Under the pieces are notes generated by a model, which made no database searches, was not told the DNA's origin, and was given only the letters and a program-made list of their open reading frames with translations. A program made the translations under genes and the position numbers. This document shows positions 21,515-24,939 of a stretch of DNA of 24,939 bases, piece by piece (the first letter of the stretch is position 1; the number at the start of each line of letters is the position of its first letter). Source of the DNA: Catajapyx aquilonaris (taxonomy: Eukaryota); assembly GCA_000934665.2 (NCBI GenBank), contig KZ538288.1:62001-86939 (forward strand). The letters are read 5' to 3'.

Positions 21515-23253
21515 TAACATTATACGGCGGACCAATCAGAAGGCATACCCGCACAACATAAATAATATTTTAATATTATAGATGTAAATATGTAAACGGA
21601 TAGTGTGGCGACATAGTTTTTTTTGGCACCTTATGTCACACAACCAGACCATTAATTCACATTTTCATATTGGTACATCTCCTGTCAACAGCAAGGTTCC
21701 ATCGTTGTATTTATTATTTATTTACCCATGAATCTTGTGTGGAAACCATGTCTGCTTGGATAGGGGTCGAAGGCCATGGATTATTTTGGCGGCCATCCAT
21801 GGAGGGAAATTCTCCCATCGAGACCTTTTTACACGCAGCACACACAGGCATCGCGTGATTTTCCACGGCTCAACCATTTCAGACCCGATATTGTAAAAAC
21901 CGACAATGCTACGTAGACTCTCCCATGATTTTTACCTGGATGTTAATCTTCCTGCTGAAAAGGAGCGTCCATGAGAATCCGGGGCTCTCATGCGATCAGC
22001 CGGAAATATCCGAGATGTAAAATTTTCTATACGTTAAAAAAAGACAGCTCTCTCTCTCTCTTTATTCAGCCTTACTATCTTACTAATCTGGAACTATCAG
22101 ATGTCCTTTTAGTCTGAAGGAGAAAAAAACACACACACATTGGCATAATGTGCATCCAGGCTACCTCGACCGTTCTGTGTTAGGTAATATCCTGATGATT
22201 GCATCTAGTTTCACAATAATAGTTCGTGATATGCACAGCGGCGCAAAACAATTAGCAAGAGGGCATAACCAAGTGGTATGGTCACAAAAGCAGGCGGTGC
22301 CATCGAGGGTCAATTGCAACACAATCTGAAAACACTGGACCGTAAGACACACCCTAATGTACTTGAGCCAACAATATTGGACAGTGAATCATGAATAAAT
22401 AATTCGGTATGTATAAATAAAACCTGACAAATATTCAAATATTGTAATCACGTTTCCTGTCTGGCCTAAGGTCACTCTCCGAGTAAACATTAGCAGGCTA
22501 ATATGCATATTGTGTCATCAGTCCACACACACTGTTCACAGAAAATTGTGCAACTGTGTATGTACCCTCCTTATTAGCTATTTAGCACGTGTGGGAAGCA
22601 ACATCACACGGAACTAGCAATAAAATGCGTAAATGCCACTTGGCCTACAACAACTAGCTTTCTCTCATCTCCAACACCCCATAGTTCACAATAGACCCCG
22701 ACTGATTGTTGTTGTTTTATCTGGCATGTAACGCACGCGGATACCAGACCATCCAGGATTGCGGTCACGGTCTTTTCGGCGGAGATTCTGCTCCTCTATA
22801 TATCCAACCCACTTTCGGTCATTATTGGATAGAGAAAAAGAGGCTGTCGATTGACCCATATATGTTAACGTGATGGAGAATCCTTCGAGAACTATACAAA
22901 ATGCCGAGAGGTTATGGAATTATTTAACTCGTGGACTTCGGAACGGTACCTGACCGCACAATTGTTAGGATGGATACCGTTCGAAGGACAACATACTTTG
23001 GTTGGAAGACTAGTACTCTCATGTAAAAAAAATTTTAAAAAAAGTTTCGTCATAGTATCCTGATTGCGTGTTCAATTGTTGTTCAATTATTTACAAGCAT
23101 GTACTCATCGAATTTGCATTTATATCAATCGTTGCTATTGTAAAAATTATTGTGCACACTGTTGTTAATGCTGCTTCAGTGCTATACTAATGTCTGCATT
23201 TATTTTTATTGGCTATAATGCATCAATAATAATATTACAATAGAATACTAAAC

Positions 23254-23724
23254 ATTATTTAAAATATTGAATTGTCGTAATACCAGGATTCCACTCACCC
23301 TAATATTGGAAGTGAATATTTTCGATAACAACTGCAAGTACCTTGAGATTTGTTTGTTAGGGTAAAAATCTGCGTTAAAAATAACTTCCTCATTTCTACA
23401 AATGTTTACGCTTGAAACGACTTATGTGTGATAATAATATAATCCATAGTAATCGTCGTGATTATTCCGCTAAAAAGTGGCAAATAATAACATTAATAAT
23501 AAAATTAGAAAAGGAACAAAAATTATTTAAAATTCGTGGCAATTCCTTCTTCTCAACCTAATATTAGATGTCAATATTTTCTGCAACTACTGCAAAAAAA
23601 TTTGCTTGTGGAAAATCTGCACTAAAAATAACTTCCTCAATTCCACAAATATTTACGATTATGTCTTACGTGTGATAATCCATCGTAATCGTCGTGATTA
23701 TCGCATTTCCGCTTTAAAAAGTGG
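23254..23724. repeat. Diverged two-copy tandem duplication (period ~235-270 bp)
   Basis: Identical blocks ATTATTTAAAAT (23254/23522), TAAAAATAACTTCCTCA (23376/23623), GTAATCGTCGTGATTAT (23449/23685) and AAAAAGTGG. Confidence 0.85.
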
Positions 23725-24939
23725 TAGGCAAGATAACAGATAAGATAACATGAGATTATCCATTCCAGATTAGTCTCTCTGAATTTGAGATTGTGTCACT
23801 GAGCTCTACGAAGAATGTCTCATTACATTACTGGTATTTCTCGCTATGCGTCTTACTTTCACGAAAATTGTTGCGCATGCTTTACAGATAGGCTACGAAT
23901 ATTTTTTTTAAAAAAGTTGCTCGAGATTACGAACCGCGGCTTCATTTGCTGCATGATTATGGACGAATCATTCCAGAATAATTTGAATGCACCGAGACTT
24001 CAAATTTAGCACATGCACCAAATGACACGAAGGCCATCACGAAACGGCACCTCGCTTAGTGTCGTTCGTGTGTAAAGAGATTACAGGATGCATTATCCAA
24101 TTCCGAGGTTGGCCTGCGGGCTGACATTACCCCCCAATGAAACGGATATTATGTTGGCAGCCCTGGCCGAATATTATGACGGCGTCCTTGTCAGATTCTC
24201 CGCTCTGTTGGCATCCATGATGGTCACATGATCAGAGTCATCCAATCACAGGAACGGATGCTCATCATTGGCTGATTTGCATCACATGACGAACGTGGTT
24301 GTCGTGTGACTTTTCTTATGACTAATTGTAATTTTTAATGTCAATTTTAACTTTCATTTTAAAATAAAATAGTTTTTATACGTTAATTTTTAAGTACAAA
24401 TTAAAATGGGCACTTGCCATGTAGCATGACACCCACATTCGTCACATGCTGCAGATTTGATTTTAATTTCACTTTTTTCACTTAAATGTAAACATTAATG
24501 TAAATTTTACTAACTTTTATTTAACTTTATTATTCAATAATATTCTTTATTTTTCTATTTGGCAATTGATTTATTCCATTTTTTATTTTCAAACTCATTT
24601 AGTTATTTAATTTTTATAGATTAAATTTCGATTTGATAATTAATTTTAAATTTATCAGTCACCCCTGCTAATCACATGATCCCAATTAGCCAATCCTCGC
24701 AATATCTCCTCCCAATAATAGCCTGATTTACATCGCGAAACAGTGACGCCAACAATCATTTCCCAATATAATAAAAGGGCCTTCCACTACATTGTTGCAA
24801 TGTTACTAAGAGGTTACTCCTCCCTTCAAAAGCTGCCCCATCCGGATGGTTGACAACAACATTTTCACTAAAATTGCCCCCCGAGTTAACCCTCAGCAGT
24901 GTTTTTTCGTCTTTAAAAAGATATCTCTCCAAAACACAA

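Noticed and set aside
1..24939. CRISPR array, operon or other prokaryotic system
   Set aside because: No regularly spaced repeat-spacer array. Low coding density, splice signals and a SINE indicate an animal genome.

Overview
Eukaryotic genomic scaffold, probably arthropod/insect (inferred from the protein family, SINE type and DRE motifs), with two assembly gaps (N at 14645-14659 and 19483). It holds one clear gene: a minus-strand type II membrane glycosyltransferase family 92 (GT92/DUF23) protein of 565 aa, with an uninterrupted CDS at 4882-3185. A splice acceptor 2 nt before the ATG indicates upstream 5' exons, so much of 4.9-17 kb is probably intron. The non-coding DNA contains a tRNA-derived SINE with a 13-bp target-site duplication (TSD), a mini-Helitron carrying RFX X-boxes, a foldback element, nested MITEs, a four-copy CCAAT/NRF1 cassette, a DRE/CCAAT/CRE promoter-like cluster at 16.4-16.7 kb, several old two-copy duplications and an unidentified decayed coding-like island. 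No prokaryotic-type system (CRISPR, operon, etc.) is present, and I cannot claim a new biological system. The best leads are the poorly characterised GT92, a candidate microexon, transposon-borne regulatory motifs and the decayed island.
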